A program made the translations under genes and the position numbers. A DNA stretch of 64,000 nt from an uncultured Acidimicrobiales bacterium (GTDB lineage: Bacteria; Actinomycetota; Acidimicrobiia; Acidimicrobiales; RAAP-2): positions 1,036,430-1,100,429 of the forward strand of contig CAVOTA010000002.1 in NCBI GenBank assembly GCA_963699055.1, given 5' to 3'. Below the pieces are notes generated by a model. The model saw only the letters and a program-made list of their open reading frames with translations, ran no database searches and was not told where the DNA came from. The first letter of the stretch is position 1, and each line of letters begins with the position of its first letter. Positions 51,427 to 60,588 of the stretch are shown one piece after another.

Positions 51427-53420
51427 CCGGTCCCCGGCTGACCGACCCGGTCACCCTCGGGACCCGGGAGGCGCCCTCCCGGGTCGTCTTCGGCCCCCAC
51501 GAGACGAACCTCGGGGAGGGTCGGGCCATCGGCCCCCGGCACGTGGCCTACTACGCGGCCCGGGCGGCCGGCGGTGCCGGCGTCCTGGTCACCGAGACGG
51601 CCTCCGTCGACCCGTCCGACTGGCCCTACGAGCGCGCCCCGCTGGCCACGTCGTGCGGGCCGGGATGGCGGTCGGTGGCCGAGGCGTGCCGTCCCCACGG
51701 CACGGTCGTCCTCGCCGGACTCGGGCACGCCGGCGGGCAGGGGTCGAGTGCGTACTCGCAGTCCGTCCTGTGGGCCCCGTCGCCGGTGGCCGATGCCGCC
51801 AGCCGGGAGCTGCCGATGGCGATGGGGTCCGTCGAGCTGGCCGCCGTCGTCGACGGGTTCGCCACCGCGGCCCGGGCGGCGGTCGACGCCGGGCTCGACG
51901 GCGTCGAGGTCGACGCCGGGGCCATCTCCCTCCTCCGCCAATTCCACTCCGGCATCACCAACCAGCGGTCCGACGCCTACGGCGAGGACCGTCTCCGCCT
52001 CACCCGCGAGGTGCTGGACGCCGTGCGGGCCGCCGTCGGACCCGGTGCGGTGGTCGCCCTCCGCCTGTCGTGCGACGAGCTGGCCCCGTGGGCGGGTGTC
52101 ACCCCCGAGCAGGCGGCGGCCCACGTCGCCGAGCTGGCCGACCGGCTCGACCTCCTGACCGTCGTGCGCGGGGGCCCGTACTCGGCCACCGCCTACCGGC
52201 CCGACGCCCACACCGGGGCCGGGTTCAACCTCGAGCTGTGCGCCGCCATGCGCCGGGCGGCCGCCGGGCGGGTGCCGGTGGTGTTCCAGGGCAGCGTGGT
52301 CGACCCCGACCGGGCCGGCGCCGCCCTGGACGACGGTGCGGCCGATCTGGTGGAGATGACCCGGGCCCAGATCGCCGAGTCCGGACTGGTGGCCCTGGTG
52401 CGCGCCGGGCGGGCCGCCGAGGCACGGCCGTGCATCCTGTGCAATCAGGCCTGCCGGGTGCGCGACAACCGCAACCCCCTGGTCAGCTGCGTGGGTGATC
52501 CCCGTGCCGGACACGAGACGGTGGACGTCGATCCGGTGCACGCCGCGGCCGGGATCCCCGGCGCCGCCGTCCCGCCCGTGCTGGTGGTGGGTGCCGGTCC
52601 GGCCGGTCTCGAGTGCGCCCGGGTGCTGGCCAGCCGCGGCCACGACGTACGGGTCGTCGACCGCGCCCCGGTCACCGGTGGGGCCCTGCGGGCCGCCGCC
52701 GTGGGACCCGGGCGCGAGCGGCTCGCCGACCTGGTGGGCTGGCTGGCCGCCGAGTGCGCCCGGCTCGGCGTGGACGTCGAGCTCGGGCACCGGGTGGACG
52801 CCGCCGAGCTGGACGCGGCGCGGGCCGACGGGATCACCGTGGTGCTGGCCACGGGCGGACGGCGGGCGCCGTGGGAGCTGCCCACGGACGGCTCGGTCCC
52901 GGTGGTCGACGCCGCCACGGCACTGTCCGGCGGCGTCGACTCCCTGCCCGACGGTCCGGCCGTGGTCCACGACCCGGTCGGCGGGCCGGTGGCCGTCGGG
53001 GTGGCCGAGTGGCTGGCGGCCGCCGGCCGCGACGTCGCCCTGGTCACCCCCGACCAGATCGCCGGCACCCTGCTCTCGTTGACCGGTGACCTGGCCGACG
53101 CCAACACCCGCCTGCAGCGGGCCGGGGTGCGCCGCGAGCTGCGCGCCCTGCTGCGCCGGATCGCCGTCGGCGAGGTCCACGTCGAGGACGTCTGGACCGG
53201 CGAGGCCCGCGCCGTGACCGCCGCCGTCGTCGTCGACTGTGGGCACCGCCTCCCCGAGGAGCACCTCTACGACGCCCACCCGGGCACCCTGCGGGCCGGG
53301 GACTGCGTGGCCCCCCGCACGGTGCTCGAGGCCGTGCTCGAGGGCCGGAGGCGGGCACTCGAGATCTGCGGGGCGGTTCCCGCGGCCCGCGTCCCCACCA
53401 CCACAGGAGCGACCCCATGA
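51423..53420 (+). CDS. FadH/OYE-family flavin oxidoreductase (2,4-dienoyl-CoA-reductase-like), mycofactocin-system type
   Basis: Part of ORF 50970..53420, with a GTG at 51423 overlapping the mftC stop. It has an OYE barrel (FGPHETN...NQRSDAYGEDRLRL), the CILCNQACRV Fe-S motif and VLVVGAGPAGLECA. Confidence 0.85.
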   Translation: MTGPRLTDPVTLGTREAPSRVVFGPHETNLGEGRAIGPRHVAYYAARAAGGAGVLVTETASVDPSDWPYERAPLATSCGPGWRSVAEACRPHGTVVLAGLGHAGGQGSSAYSQSVLWAPSPVADAASRELPMAMGSVELAAVVDGFATAARAAVDAGLDGVEVDAGAISLLRQFHSGITNQRSDAYGEDRLRLTREVLDAVRAAVGPGAVVALRLSCDELAPWAGVTPEQAAAHVAELADRLDLLTVVRGGPYSATAYRPDAHTGAGFNLELCAAMRRAAAGRVPVVFQGSVVDPDRAGAALDDGAADLVEMTRAQIAESGLVALVRAGRAAEARPCILCNQACRVRDNRNPLVSCVGDPRAGHETVDVDPVHAAAGIPGAAVPPVLVVGAGPAGLECARVLASRGHDVRVVDRAPVTGGALRAAAVGPGRERLADLVGWLAAECARLGVDVELGHRVDAAELDAARADGITVVLATGGRRAPWELPTDGSVPVVDAATALSGGVDSLPDGPAVVHDPVGGPVAVGVAEWLAAAGRDVALVTPDQIAGTLLSLTGDLADANTRLQRAGVRRELRALLRRIAVGEVHVEDVWTGEARAVTAAVVVDCGHRLPEEHLYDAHPGTLRAGDCVAPRTVLEAVLEGRRRALEICGAVPAARVPTTTGATP

Positions 53421-54262
53421 CCGATTCCGAGCCCGTCGCCGGGACCGACCGCAGCCGGGGACGGGTGGCCGGCAAGGTCGCCCTCGTCACCGGGGCCGCA
53501 CGGGGCCAGGGGCGCAGCCACGCCGTCCGGCTGGCCGCCGAGGGGGCCGACATCGTCGCCGTCGACCTCTGCGCGCCGGTGGCCCACGTGGACTACGACA
53601 CCGCGACACCCGAGGACATGGCCGTCACCTCCCGGCTGGTCGAGGAGGCCGGCGGCCGGATCGTCACCGCCGCCGTCGACGTCCGCGACGCCGGCGGTCT
53701 GGCCGACGCCGTGGCCGGGGGCGCAGCGGCCCTCGGGGGTCTCGACATCGCCGTGGCCAACGCCGGCGTGTGCTCGATCCAGCGGTGGGACGAGGTGACC
53801 CCCGAGCTGTGGGACACGGTGATCGGCATCAACCTGACCGGGGTCTGGAACACCTGTACCGCCGCCATCCCCCACCTGCTGGAACGGGGCGGTGGCTCGA
53901 TGGTGCTCATCAGTTCGACGGCGGGGCTGAAGGGCCAGCCGTTCCTCACCCCCTACGTCGCCTCCAAGCACGGACTGGTCGGCATCATGCGGAGCCTGGC
54001 CAACGAGCTCGCCGCCCGGCACATCCGGGTGAACTCCCTCCACCCGACCGGGGTCGACACCCCGATGCTGAACGCCATGACGGGGCTGACCGAGCGCATC
54101 GAGGCCAGCCCCGACGTCGGTTCCCTCTTCCTCAATTCGCTGCCGGTCGACCTGGTCCGGGCCGAGGACGTCTCCCACGCCGTGCTGTTCCTCGCCTCGG
54201 ACGAGGCGAGGTACGTGACCGGCCTCACCATGACCGTCGACGCCGGGGCCTCGGCCCGGTGA
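53417..54262 (+). CDS. Mycofactocin-coupled SDR-family oxidoreductase
   Basis: ORF 53417..54262. It has GKVALVTGAARGQGRSHAVRLAAEGADIVAVDLC (characteristic of the nicotinoprotein SDR subgroup) and YVASKHG (YxxxK). It is coupled by an ATGA overlap. Confidence 0.85.
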   Translation: MTDSEPVAGTDRSRGRVAGKVALVTGAARGQGRSHAVRLAAEGADIVAVDLCAPVAHVDYDTATPEDMAVTSRLVEEAGGRIVTAAVDVRDAGGLADAVAGGAAALGGLDIAVANAGVCSIQRWDEVTPELWDTVIGINLTGVWNTCTAAIPHLLERGGGSMVLISSTAGLKGQPFLTPYVASKHGLVGIMRSLANELAARHIRVNSLHPTGVDTPMLNAMTGLTERIEASPDVGSLFLNSLPVDLVRAEDVSHAVLFLASDEARYVTGLTMTVDAGASAR

Positions 54263-54284
54263 GCCCGCCCCGGGGGACGACCCG

Positions 54285-56252
54285 ATGAGCGCCGGGGGCC
54301 GCTACCGCCACCTGTTCACCCCGCTGCGCCTCGGACCGGTGACGGTGGCCAACCGGATCGTCTTCTCCGCGCACCTCACCAACTACGCCACCGACGGCCT
54401 GCCCACCGAGCAGCACGCCGCGTACTACGCCGCCCGCGCCGCCGGGGGCGTGGGCCTCGTGATCACCGAGGAGCACTCCACCCACCCCACGGACTGGCCC
54501 TACGAGAAGCTGATCCACGGGTTCCACCCCCGGGTGGTCGACGGGTACCGGCGGATCACCGACGCCGTCCACGCCCACGACGTCCCCGTCTTCGCCCAGC
54601 TCAACCACAACGGGGGCCAGGCCTCGTCGATGTACTCGCGGCTGCCGGTGTGGGCCCCGAGCCCGGTCCCGGACCCGCTCTTCCGCGAGGTGCCCAAGGC
54701 GGTGGAGCACCACGAGATCGCCGAGATCGTGGACGGCTACGCCACCGTCGCCGCCCACTGCGCGGCAGGCGGCTTCGACGGGGTGGAGCTCCAGTGCTCC
54801 CACTCCTCCATCGTCCGGGGCTTCCTGTCCCCGGCCACCAACCGGCGGACCGACGAGTACGGGGGCGACCTGACCGGACGGGCCCGGCTGCTGCTCGAGA
54901 TCGTCGACGCCGTGCGCTCCACCATCGGTTCGGACCGGGCGCTCGGCGTGCGCATCTGCGGCGACGAGCTGATCGAGGGCGGCACCGACATCGACGACGC
55001 CGTGGCCGTGGCCCGCATGGTCGAGGCCAGCGGTCAGGTCGACTACATCAACACCTCGATCGGCGTGGCCACCGCCACCCTGTACATGATCGAGGCCAGC
55101 ATGCAGATCCCGCCCGGCTACGCCCTGTTCGTCCCGAGCGCCATCCGGGCCGCCGTCGACCTGCCGGTGGTGGGGGTCGGCCGGTTCAAGGACCCGCTCC
55201 AGGCCGACCGGGCGCTGGCCGACGGCGTCTGCGACCTGGTGGGGGTCGTCCGGGGTCAGATCGCCGACCCCGACTTCGCCGCCAAGGCGCGTTCGGGGCA
55301 CGCCACCGACATCCGCACCTGCCTGTCGTGCAACCAGGAGTGCGTCGGCCGGATGGGCCTGAACCGGTGGCTCGGCTGCATCGAAAACCCCCGCACCGGT
55401 CGCGAGGCGGAGCCCGTCCCCGCACCCCGTCGGCGGCGCAAGGTCGTCGTGGTCGGGGGCGGGCCGGGCGGGCTCCAGGCCGCCGTCACCGCCGCCGGGC
55501 GCGGCCACCACGTCGTGCTCTTCGAGCGGCACGACCGACTCGGCGGCCAGGCCCACGTGGCGGCGTCGGTACCCAGCCGCGCCGAGTTCTTCGACATCGC
55601 CCGCAACCTGATCGTGGCCGCCCGCCGCGAGGGCGTCGACCTGCGCACCGGGGTCGAGGCCACGGCCGACACGGTCCGGGCCGAGTCGCCCGATGCCGTC
55701 GTCGTCGCCACCGGCGCCCGCCCGGCGCGTCCGTGGTGGGCCGGCGGGGAGCCCCGCGTCGTCGATGTGCGCGACGTCCTGGAGGGACGGGCCCGTCCCG
55801 AGGGCCGGGTGGTGGTCGTCGACGAGCTCGGCTTCCACCAGGCCACCTCCACGGCCGAACTGCTGGCCGACCGGGGCTGCACCGTCGAGATCGTCACCAA
55901 CGGCATGGTGGTGGCCCAGGACCTCGGGATCACCCTGGACATGGAGATGTGGAACGTGAAGGCGCACGCCCTCGGGATCGGCCAGGCCGTCGACCTCGTA
56001 CCCATGGGGGTCGGGCCGGCCCCCGACGGGTCGGACGCGCTCGAGCTGCGCCTCCAGCACCACCCGACCGGGACCGACCAGGCCCGGACGTGCGACTGGG
56101 TGGTGTGCGCCGTGCACCAGCAGCCGGAGGACGACCTGTGGCACGCCCTCGACGGCGCGCCCTTCGAGGTCCACCGCATCGGTGACTGCGTCGCCCCCCG
56201 CCGCGCCCATGCCGCCGTCATCGAGGCCGACCGCGTGGCGGTGGCGCTGTGA
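54285..56252 (+). CDS. FadH/OYE-family flavin oxidoreductase, second paralog
   Basis: ORF 54285..56252. Motifs HSSIVRGFLSPATNRRTDEYGG, CLSCNQECVGR and VVVVGGGPGGLQAA are present. Confidence 0.87.
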   Translation: MSAGGRYRHLFTPLRLGPVTVANRIVFSAHLTNYATDGLPTEQHAAYYAARAAGGVGLVITEEHSTHPTDWPYEKLIHGFHPRVVDGYRRITDAVHAHDVPVFAQLNHNGGQASSMYSRLPVWAPSPVPDPLFREVPKAVEHHEIAEIVDGYATVAAHCAAGGFDGVELQCSHSSIVRGFLSPATNRRTDEYGGDLTGRARLLLEIVDAVRSTIGSDRALGVRICGDELIEGGTDIDDAVAVARMVEASGQVDYINTSIGVATATLYMIEASMQIPPGYALFVPSAIRAAVDLPVVGVGRFKDPLQADRALADGVCDLVGVVRGQIADPDFAAKARSGHATDIRTCLSCNQECVGRMGLNRWLGCIENPRTGREAEPVPAPRRRRKVVVVGGGPGGLQAAVTAAGRGHHVVLFERHDRLGGQAHVAASVPSRAEFFDIARNLIVAARREGVDLRTGVEATADTVRAESPDAVVVATGARPARPWWAGGEPRVVDVRDVLEGRARPEGRVVVVDELGFHQATSTAELLADRGCTVEIVTNGMVVAQDLGITLDMEMWNVKAHALGIGQAVDLVPMGVGPAPDGSDALELRLQHHPTGTDQARTCDWVVCAVHQQPEDDLWHALDGAPFEVHRIGDCVAPRRAHAAVIEADRVAVAL

Positions 56253-57265
56253 GCGGGTCGACCGGCGGCACCGTCGCCGTGGTCGTGGCCCGGGACGGCC
56301 GCCTGCCCGTCGGGGCGGCCGAGGCGGTGGCCGAGGCCGGCGGCCGGGTGGTGGTCGTGGGCTCGGGGGCCGAGGAGGCCGCCCGGTCCCTGCCCGGGGC
56401 CGTGCACGCCCGCTGGGCGGAGACGGGCCGGGGACTGCGGCCGGCGGAGCTGGCCGCCTCCCTCGCCCCCGTCGTGGCCGACGAGACCCTGGTGATCCTG
56501 CCCGCCTCGCCCGACGGCCGCGACCTGGCGCCACGTCTGGCCGCGGCCACCGACCGCCCGCTGGTGGCCCGGGTGCTCGAGGCGGCCACCGGCCCCGCCG
56601 CCGACGGCACCACGTGCGTCCGCGCCCGGGTGGGACGCGTGGACGACCGGGTGCTGGTGCCGGTGGAGGTCCGCGGACCGGCGGTGGTCACCCTGGCCGC
56701 CGGCGGCCGGCCGGGCACCCGGGCCGACGGGGCCCCGCCCGGGACCGTGGTCGAGCCGGTGGGTCTCGCCGGGGCGGAGTGCGGTCCCGACCCGGAGCTC
56801 GTCGGACTGCTGGCCCCCGACCTGCACACCATGGACCTGGCCGACGCCACCCGGGTGGTGGTCGGCGGCGCCGGTCTCGCGGCCGGGCTCGACGACGCAC
56901 GGGCCGCCGCCGTCTTCGGCCTGCTCGTCCGGGTGGCCGGTGCCATGGGCGGCTCGGCCGGCGCCACCCGGGTGGCCACCGACGCCGGCTGGACCGGCTA
57001 CGAACGCCAGATCGGCACCACGGGCGTGACGGTGGACCCCGACCTCTACGTGGCGCTGGGCGTGTCGGGCGCCGTCCAGCACACCGGCGGCATCGGCGCC
57101 CCCCGCCACGTGGTGAGCGTCAACACCGACCCGTCGTGCCCGATGACGGCCATGGCCGACCTGGGCCTGGTGACCGATGCCGGAGCCCTCCTCGTGGAGC
57201 TGGCCGGGCGCCTCGACGTGGCCGGCGACCCGGTGGCACCGGGGGCGGCGGGGGCGGTCCGATGA
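56249..57265 (+). CDS. etfA: Electron transfer flavoprotein alpha-subunit-like (EtfA/FixB family)
   Basis: ORF 56249..57265. The C-terminal FAD domain reads GATRVATDAGWTGYERQIGTTGVTVDPDLYVALGVSGAVQHTGG...VVSVNTDPSCPM. Its GTG overlaps the upstream stop. Confidence 0.8.
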   Translation: MSGSTGGTVAVVVARDGRLPVGAAEAVAEAGGRVVVVGSGAEEAARSLPGAVHARWAETGRGLRPAELAASLAPVVADETLVILPASPDGRDLAPRLAAATDRPLVARVLEAATGPAADGTTCVRARVGRVDDRVLVPVEVRGPAVVTLAAGGRPGTRADGAPPGTVVEPVGLAGAECGPDPELVGLLAPDLHTMDLADATRVVVGGAGLAAGLDDARAAAVFGLLVRVAGAMGGSAGATRVATDAGWTGYERQIGTTGVTVDPDLYVALGVSGAVQHTGGIGAPRHVVSVNTDPSCPMTAMADLGLVTDAGALLVELAGRLDVAGDPVAPGAAGAVR

Positions 57266-58578
57266 CCGGGCGTCACGACGTCGACGTCGACGCCGTCGTG
57301 GTCGGTGCCGGCCCCGCCGGCGCCTCGGCCGCCCTCGCCCTGGCCCGCGCCGGGCGGCGCGTCGTGCTGGTGGAGCGCGGCCCGTTCCCCGGGTCCAAGA
57401 ACGTCTACGGCGGCGTGGTCTACGGCCGCGTGCTCGACGACATCGTGCCCCGGTGGTGGGAGGAGGCACCGGTCGAGCGCTGGATCGTGCGCCGGTCCAC
57501 CATGATGGTGACCGGGTCGCAGTCGCTGTCGGTCGACTTCCGGTCCGACGCCTGGGGCAGCGCCCCCTACAACGGGATGACCACCCTGCGGTGCCACTTC
57601 GACGCCTGGCTGGCGGGCAAGGCGACCGCGGCGGGGGCGCAGCTCCTGACCTCCACGGTGGCCACGGGACTGGTGCGCGACGCCGGCGGCCGGGTGGTCG
57701 GCGTCCGGACGGACCGCGACGGCGCCGAGCTCCGCGCGCCGGTGGTGATCGCCTGCGACGGCGTCAACTCGTTCCTGGCCAAGGAGGCCGGGCTGCTGCC
57801 CAGGGCCGAGGCCTCCCACCACACACTGGGCGTCAAGGAGGTGCTCGACCTCCCGCCCGGCGCCATCAACGAACGCTTCGGGGTCCAGGACCACGAGGGC
57901 GTCGACGTGGAGATCCTGGGCTGCACCCGGGAGATCCCCGGAGGCGGGTTCCTGTACACGAACGCCGATTCGGTGAGCATCGGCGTGGTGGTGTCGCTGC
58001 CGGAGCTGGCGGCGTCGGGGGTCCGGCCCGAGACCCTGGTGGCCGACCTGAAGGCACACCCGACGATCGCCCCCCTGCTGCGGGGTGCGACGCTGCGCGA
58101 GTACGCGGCACACCTGATCCCCGAGGGCGGCTACGACACCATGCCGACCCTCGCCACCGACGGCCTGCTGATCGCCGGCGACGCCGGGGCGATGACCCTG
58201 GCGGCCGGGCTGTGGCTCGAGGGCGTGAACTTCGCCATCGGCTCGGGCCACGCCGCCGGACGGGCGGTCGACCGGGCGCTCGACCGTGGGGACTGCTCGG
58301 CCGCCGGCCTCGCCTCCTACCGGGCCGACCTCGAGGGGCAGTTCGTGCTGGCCGACCACAAGCGGCTGCGCAAGGCGCCGGCCCTCGTGCTGTCCGACCG
58401 CGTCCAGCAGCGCTACCCCGGGCTGCTGTGCGACCTGGCCGAGGGGATGTTCACCGTGACCAACCCGACGCCCAAGCCCGGTGGACTCAAGCTCACCCGG
58501 ACCGTCGCCGCCCGACACGGCGTGTCGCTCCGCCAGCTGGCCGGCGACACCCTGCGCGGACTGAGGATCTTCGGATGA
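57262..58578 (+). CDS. fixC: FAD-dependent oxidoreductase FixC-like (ETF:quinone oxidoreductase type)
   Basis: Part of ORF 56182..58578, with ATG at 57262 (ATGA overlap). It has DAVVVGAGPAGASAALALARAG and a FixC-like body (GDAGAMTLAAGLWLEGVNFAIGSG). Confidence 0.82.
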   Translation: MTGRHDVDVDAVVVGAGPAGASAALALARAGRRVVLVERGPFPGSKNVYGGVVYGRVLDDIVPRWWEEAPVERWIVRRSTMMVTGSQSLSVDFRSDAWGSAPYNGMTTLRCHFDAWLAGKATAAGAQLLTSTVATGLVRDAGGRVVGVRTDRDGAELRAPVVIACDGVNSFLAKEAGLLPRAEASHHTLGVKEVLDLPPGAINERFGVQDHEGVDVEILGCTREIPGGGFLYTNADSVSIGVVVSLPELAASGVRPETLVADLKAHPTIAPLLRGATLREYAAHLIPEGGYDTMPTLATDGLLIAGDAGAMTLAAGLWLEGVNFAIGSGHAAGRAVDRALDRGDCSAAGLASYRADLEGQFVLADHKRLRKAPALVLSDRVQQRYPGLLCDLAEGMFTVTNPTPKPGGLKLTRTVAARHGVSLRQLAGDTLRGLRIFG

Positions 58579-58883
58579 GCGGCGCCGGCGCCCGCCGCTG
58601 GGACGGGATCTCCTTCGAGGAGCGCATGGCCACCGTCGACTTCCGGATCGGCGCCCGGGCCCACATCACCGTCGACGCCGACGTGTGCCGCTCGTGCACG
58701 ACCAAGGTGTGTGTGAGCGCGTGCCCGGCCGATCTCTTCGCGCCCACGGCCGACGGCGGCATCCTGTTCAACTACGAGGAGTGCTTCGAGTGCGGGACCT
58801 GCTACATGGTCTGCAACGCCGAGGGCGCCATCACCTGGACCTACCCCGACGGCGGCCACGGCGTCGTCTTCCACCACGGATGA
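58575..58883 (+). CDS. fixX: Ferredoxin-like protein FixX
   Basis: ATG at 58575 (ATGA overlap). The protein reads MSGAGARRWDGISFEERMATVDFRI...CRSCTTKVCVSACPA...CFECGTCYMVC. Confidence 0.8.
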   Translation: MSGAGARRWDGISFEERMATVDFRIGARAHITVDADVCRSCTTKVCVSACPADLFAPTADGGILFNYEECFECGTCYMVCNAEGAITWTYPDGGHGVVFHHG

Positions 58884-59860
58884 CGGTCGGACCCGGACCC
58901 GACGGCGGCCCCCGACGGGGGGCCGGCACCACACCGCTGGTGGTGGCCTGCCTGCGCATCAGCGACCTGCGACCGACCGTCGACCCGCTCGAGGGGACGG
59001 TCACCCGGGACCGGCTCGGTGTCGGGCTGTCCCCCGCCGATGCCGCCGCCCTCGAGCACGCCCTGCGGATCGCCGACACGTGGTCCGGTCGGGTGGTGGC
59101 CGTGTGCGTGGGTCCGGTCTCGGTGGAACCGGTGCTGCGCGACGTCGCCGGCCGGGGGGTCACCGTCGTACGTGTGCCGCTGGGCGACGAGGGGGACGGG
59201 CACCGCTACGTGGGCGAGCTGGTCGAGGACGAGCGCGACCTCGCCCGCACGCTGGCCGCCGCCATCGCACCGTTCGGCCGACCCGACCTGGTGGTGTGCG
59301 GCGACCGCTCGGTCGACCGCGGCACCGGCGCCCTGCCCGCCTTCCTGGCCCACGAACTGGGCGCGGCCCAGGCGCTCGGCCTGGTCGCCGTGGTACCGAC
59401 GGACGGACCCGGTGGACGGCGGGCGCTGGCGGCCGAGCGGCGCCTCGACGGGGGCTGGCGTGAGCGCCTCCTGGTCCCCCTCCCCGCCGTGTGCTCCGTG
59501 GAGGGTGCCGGCGTCCGGCTGCGCCGGGCCCCGCTGGCGGGCGCCCTGGCCGCCGGGGCCGCACCGGTGCCGGTCGACCGGTCACTGGCCGTGGCGGCCG
59601 CCGCCCTCGCCGAACCCGGGGCCTTCCACGTGGGGGCGCCACGCCCGTTCCGGCCGCGTGCCCGCGTCCTGCCGGCACCGCACGGACGGGACCCGCGGCA
59701 GCGGCTGCTGGCGCTGACCGGAGCACTGGTGGCCCACGATCCCCCGACGGTGGTGGAGCCGGCCGACGCCTCCGAGGCGGCGGATGTCCTGCTCGCCTTC
59801 CTCGCCCGGCACGGCTACCTGGGTGACGGGGACCACAGTGGGGACGGGGCCTCGCCGTGA
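58880..59860 (+). CDS. etfB: Electron transfer flavoprotein beta-subunit-like (EtfB/FixA family), with extensions
   Basis: Part of ORF 58685..59860, with ATG at 58880 (ATGA overlap). The core reads LVVACLRISDLRP...LSPADAAALEHALRIAD...PDLVVCGDRSVDRGTGALPAFLAHELG. Confidence 0.72.
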   Translation: MTVGPGPDGGPRRGAGTTPLVVACLRISDLRPTVDPLEGTVTRDRLGVGLSPADAAALEHALRIADTWSGRVVAVCVGPVSVEPVLRDVAGRGVTVVRVPLGDEGDGHRYVGELVEDERDLARTLAAAIAPFGRPDLVVCGDRSVDRGTGALPAFLAHELGAAQALGLVAVVPTDGPGGRRALAAERRLDGGWRERLLVPLPAVCSVEGAGVRLRRAPLAGALAAGAAPVPVDRSLAVAAAALAEPGAFHVGAPRPFRPRARVLPAPHGRDPRQRLLALTGALVAHDPPTVVEPADASEAADVLLAFLARHGYLGDGDHSGDGASP

Positions 59861-60588
59861 TCCGGCTGGCGGAGCTCGCCTGGCCCGAGGTGGCCCGACT
59901 GGCGGAAGCCGGTGCCGTCCTGGTGGTGCCGGTCGGCGCCTGCGAACAGCACGGCCCCCACCTGCCCGTGACCACCGACGCCGACCTGGCCGAGGCCGTC
60001 GCCGGTGCGGCCGGCGAGCTCGACCCGCTGCTCGTGGTCGCCCCCGTCGTCGCCTACGGGTCGTCGGGTGAGCACGACGGGTTCGCCGGCACCCTCTCCG
60101 TGGGCCGTGACGTCACCGAGCAGCTGCTCGTCGAGCTGGGCCGCTCCGCCTCGGCGACCTTCGTCCACGTCGTGCTCGCCTGCACCCACGGCGGCAACGC
60201 CGCGCCGTTCCGGGCCGCCCTGGCCCGCCTGGCCGCCGAGGGGTGTCCGGTGTCGGGATGGTGGCCGCGGTGGGGCGGCGACCTGCATGCCGGGCGCACC
60301 GAGACGTCGTTGATGCTGGCCGTCGCCCCCGACCGGGTGCGCTCCGGCGCCGCCGTCCCCGGGAACCGTCGCCCGCTCGACGAGCTCCTGCCCCTGCTCG
60401 AGACGGGCGGGGTCCGGTCGGTCAGCCCCAACGGCGTCCTCGGCGATCCCACCGGCGCCGGCGCCGAGGAGGGCCGGGCCCTGCTGCGCACCGCCGGCGC
60501 CGACCTGGCCGCCACCGCCGCCCGGGCCCGGGCGGGCGCCACCGTCGCCGTCGCCGTCCCTGCGAACGAGAGTGAGGTACCCGCATGA
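59857..60588 (+). CDS. mftE: Mycofactocin biosynthesis peptidyl-dipeptidase MftE (creatininase family)
   Basis: ORF 59857..60588. It has VVPVGACEQHGPHLP and HAGRTETS. Its GTG overlaps the etfB-like stop. Confidence 0.88.
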   Translation: MIRLAELAWPEVARLAEAGAVLVVPVGACEQHGPHLPVTTDADLAEAVAGAAGELDPLLVVAPVVAYGSSGEHDGFAGTLSVGRDVTEQLLVELGRSASATFVHVVLACTHGGNAAPFRAALARLAAEGCPVSGWWPRWGGDLHAGRTETSLMLAVAPDRVRSGAAVPGNRRPLDELLPLLETGGVRSVSPNGVLGDPTGAGAEEGRALLRTAGADLAATAARARAGATVAVAVPANESEVPA

